Assembly (NCBI GenBank): GCA_964252035.1
Contig: OZ176203.1
DNA length: 64,000 bases
Source of the DNA: Podarcis erhardii
Lineage: Eukaryota
Direction: 5' to 3' (one strand)
Positions 63,537 to 64,000 of the stretch are shown piece by piece. The position numbers and the translations under genes were made by a program. How positions within the stretch are numbered: the first letter of the stretch is position 1; the number at the start of each line of letters is the position of its first letter. The notes beneath the pieces were generated by a model. The model had not been told where the DNA came from and ran no database searches. It worked only from the letters and a program-made list of their open reading frames with translations.

Positions 63537-64000
63537 AACTGAGCTAGATGGGCCAAATGATCAGTCTTAGTGTAAGGCAACTTCTTATATTCTACTGTTA
63601 AAGGAAGACCTCTCCTGGCCCTCTTCGTGCTATTTGTGTGAACAGTGCAGACACATAGAAATAAAGCTGTGTCTGCCAGATTGTCCTATCTAGCTTGCTT
63701 CTGAGTTTGCAGCTTAAGCTACTCCCTTTGTCTCATCCAAATTGGTGGCCATCACTGCCTCCTTATGGCAGTGAGTTCCACAGTTAACTATGCACTGTAT
63801 GAAGCAGTACTTGATTATATTTGTCTGGATCTTCTAACATTCAGCTTCATTGGATAATGATGAGCTCTAGCCTTGAGATGGAGGGGGGAAATTCTCTATC
63901 CGTTTTCTCCAAGCTGAGCTTTTCCCATGTCTCTTATTTGCCTTGTCTCTAAGCTGAAAAGCCCCCAATGCCATAGCCTTTCCCCATAGGAGAGTTACTT

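Larger units (their letters stand above)
62486..63595 (+). mobile_element. tRNA-derived SINE (outer layer; pieces 62486-62614 and 63537-63595)
   Basis: Head gagctcagtggt...gcatgt...ggttgagtccctggcatctccagg; the tail resumes after the insertion as tgagctagatgggccaaatg...taaggcaacttct. Confidence 0.75.

Overview
Vertebrate genomic DNA from a squamate reptile; a Sauria SINE and other squamate repeats suggest a lacertid lizard (inference). The window holds the conserved BCL9-ACP6-GJA5 block. BCL9 (+): 7 coding exons, 4443-19539, 4245 nt, 1414 aa, with 5' leader exons and a 3' UTR to about 20600. ACP6 (-): 10 coding exons, 36045-22418, 1242 nt, 413 aa, with a CpG-island promoter. GJA5/connexin-40 (-): single-exon CDS 50634-49525, 369 aa, with a candidate promoter and non-coding exon 1 near 58437-58675. 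All exon boundaries were read by hand; they have GT/AG ends and splice into open frames. The rest is SINEs, CR1/L2 LINE fragments, Tc1/mariner and hAT MITEs, two copies of one LTR, a minisatellite and microsatellites. No new biological system can be established from sequence alone. The best leads are: an 86-nt hairpin with pri-miRNA geometry at 47703-47788; alternative GJA5 exon-1 donors that would switch a uORF between non-overlapping and start-overlapping forms; a uORF-loaded BCL9 leader with a weak main start; an LTR whose 5' half is an open reading frame; and a three-level nested transposon insertion with both TSDs readable. Repeat family names and comparisons with human genes are from memory and need database confirmation.
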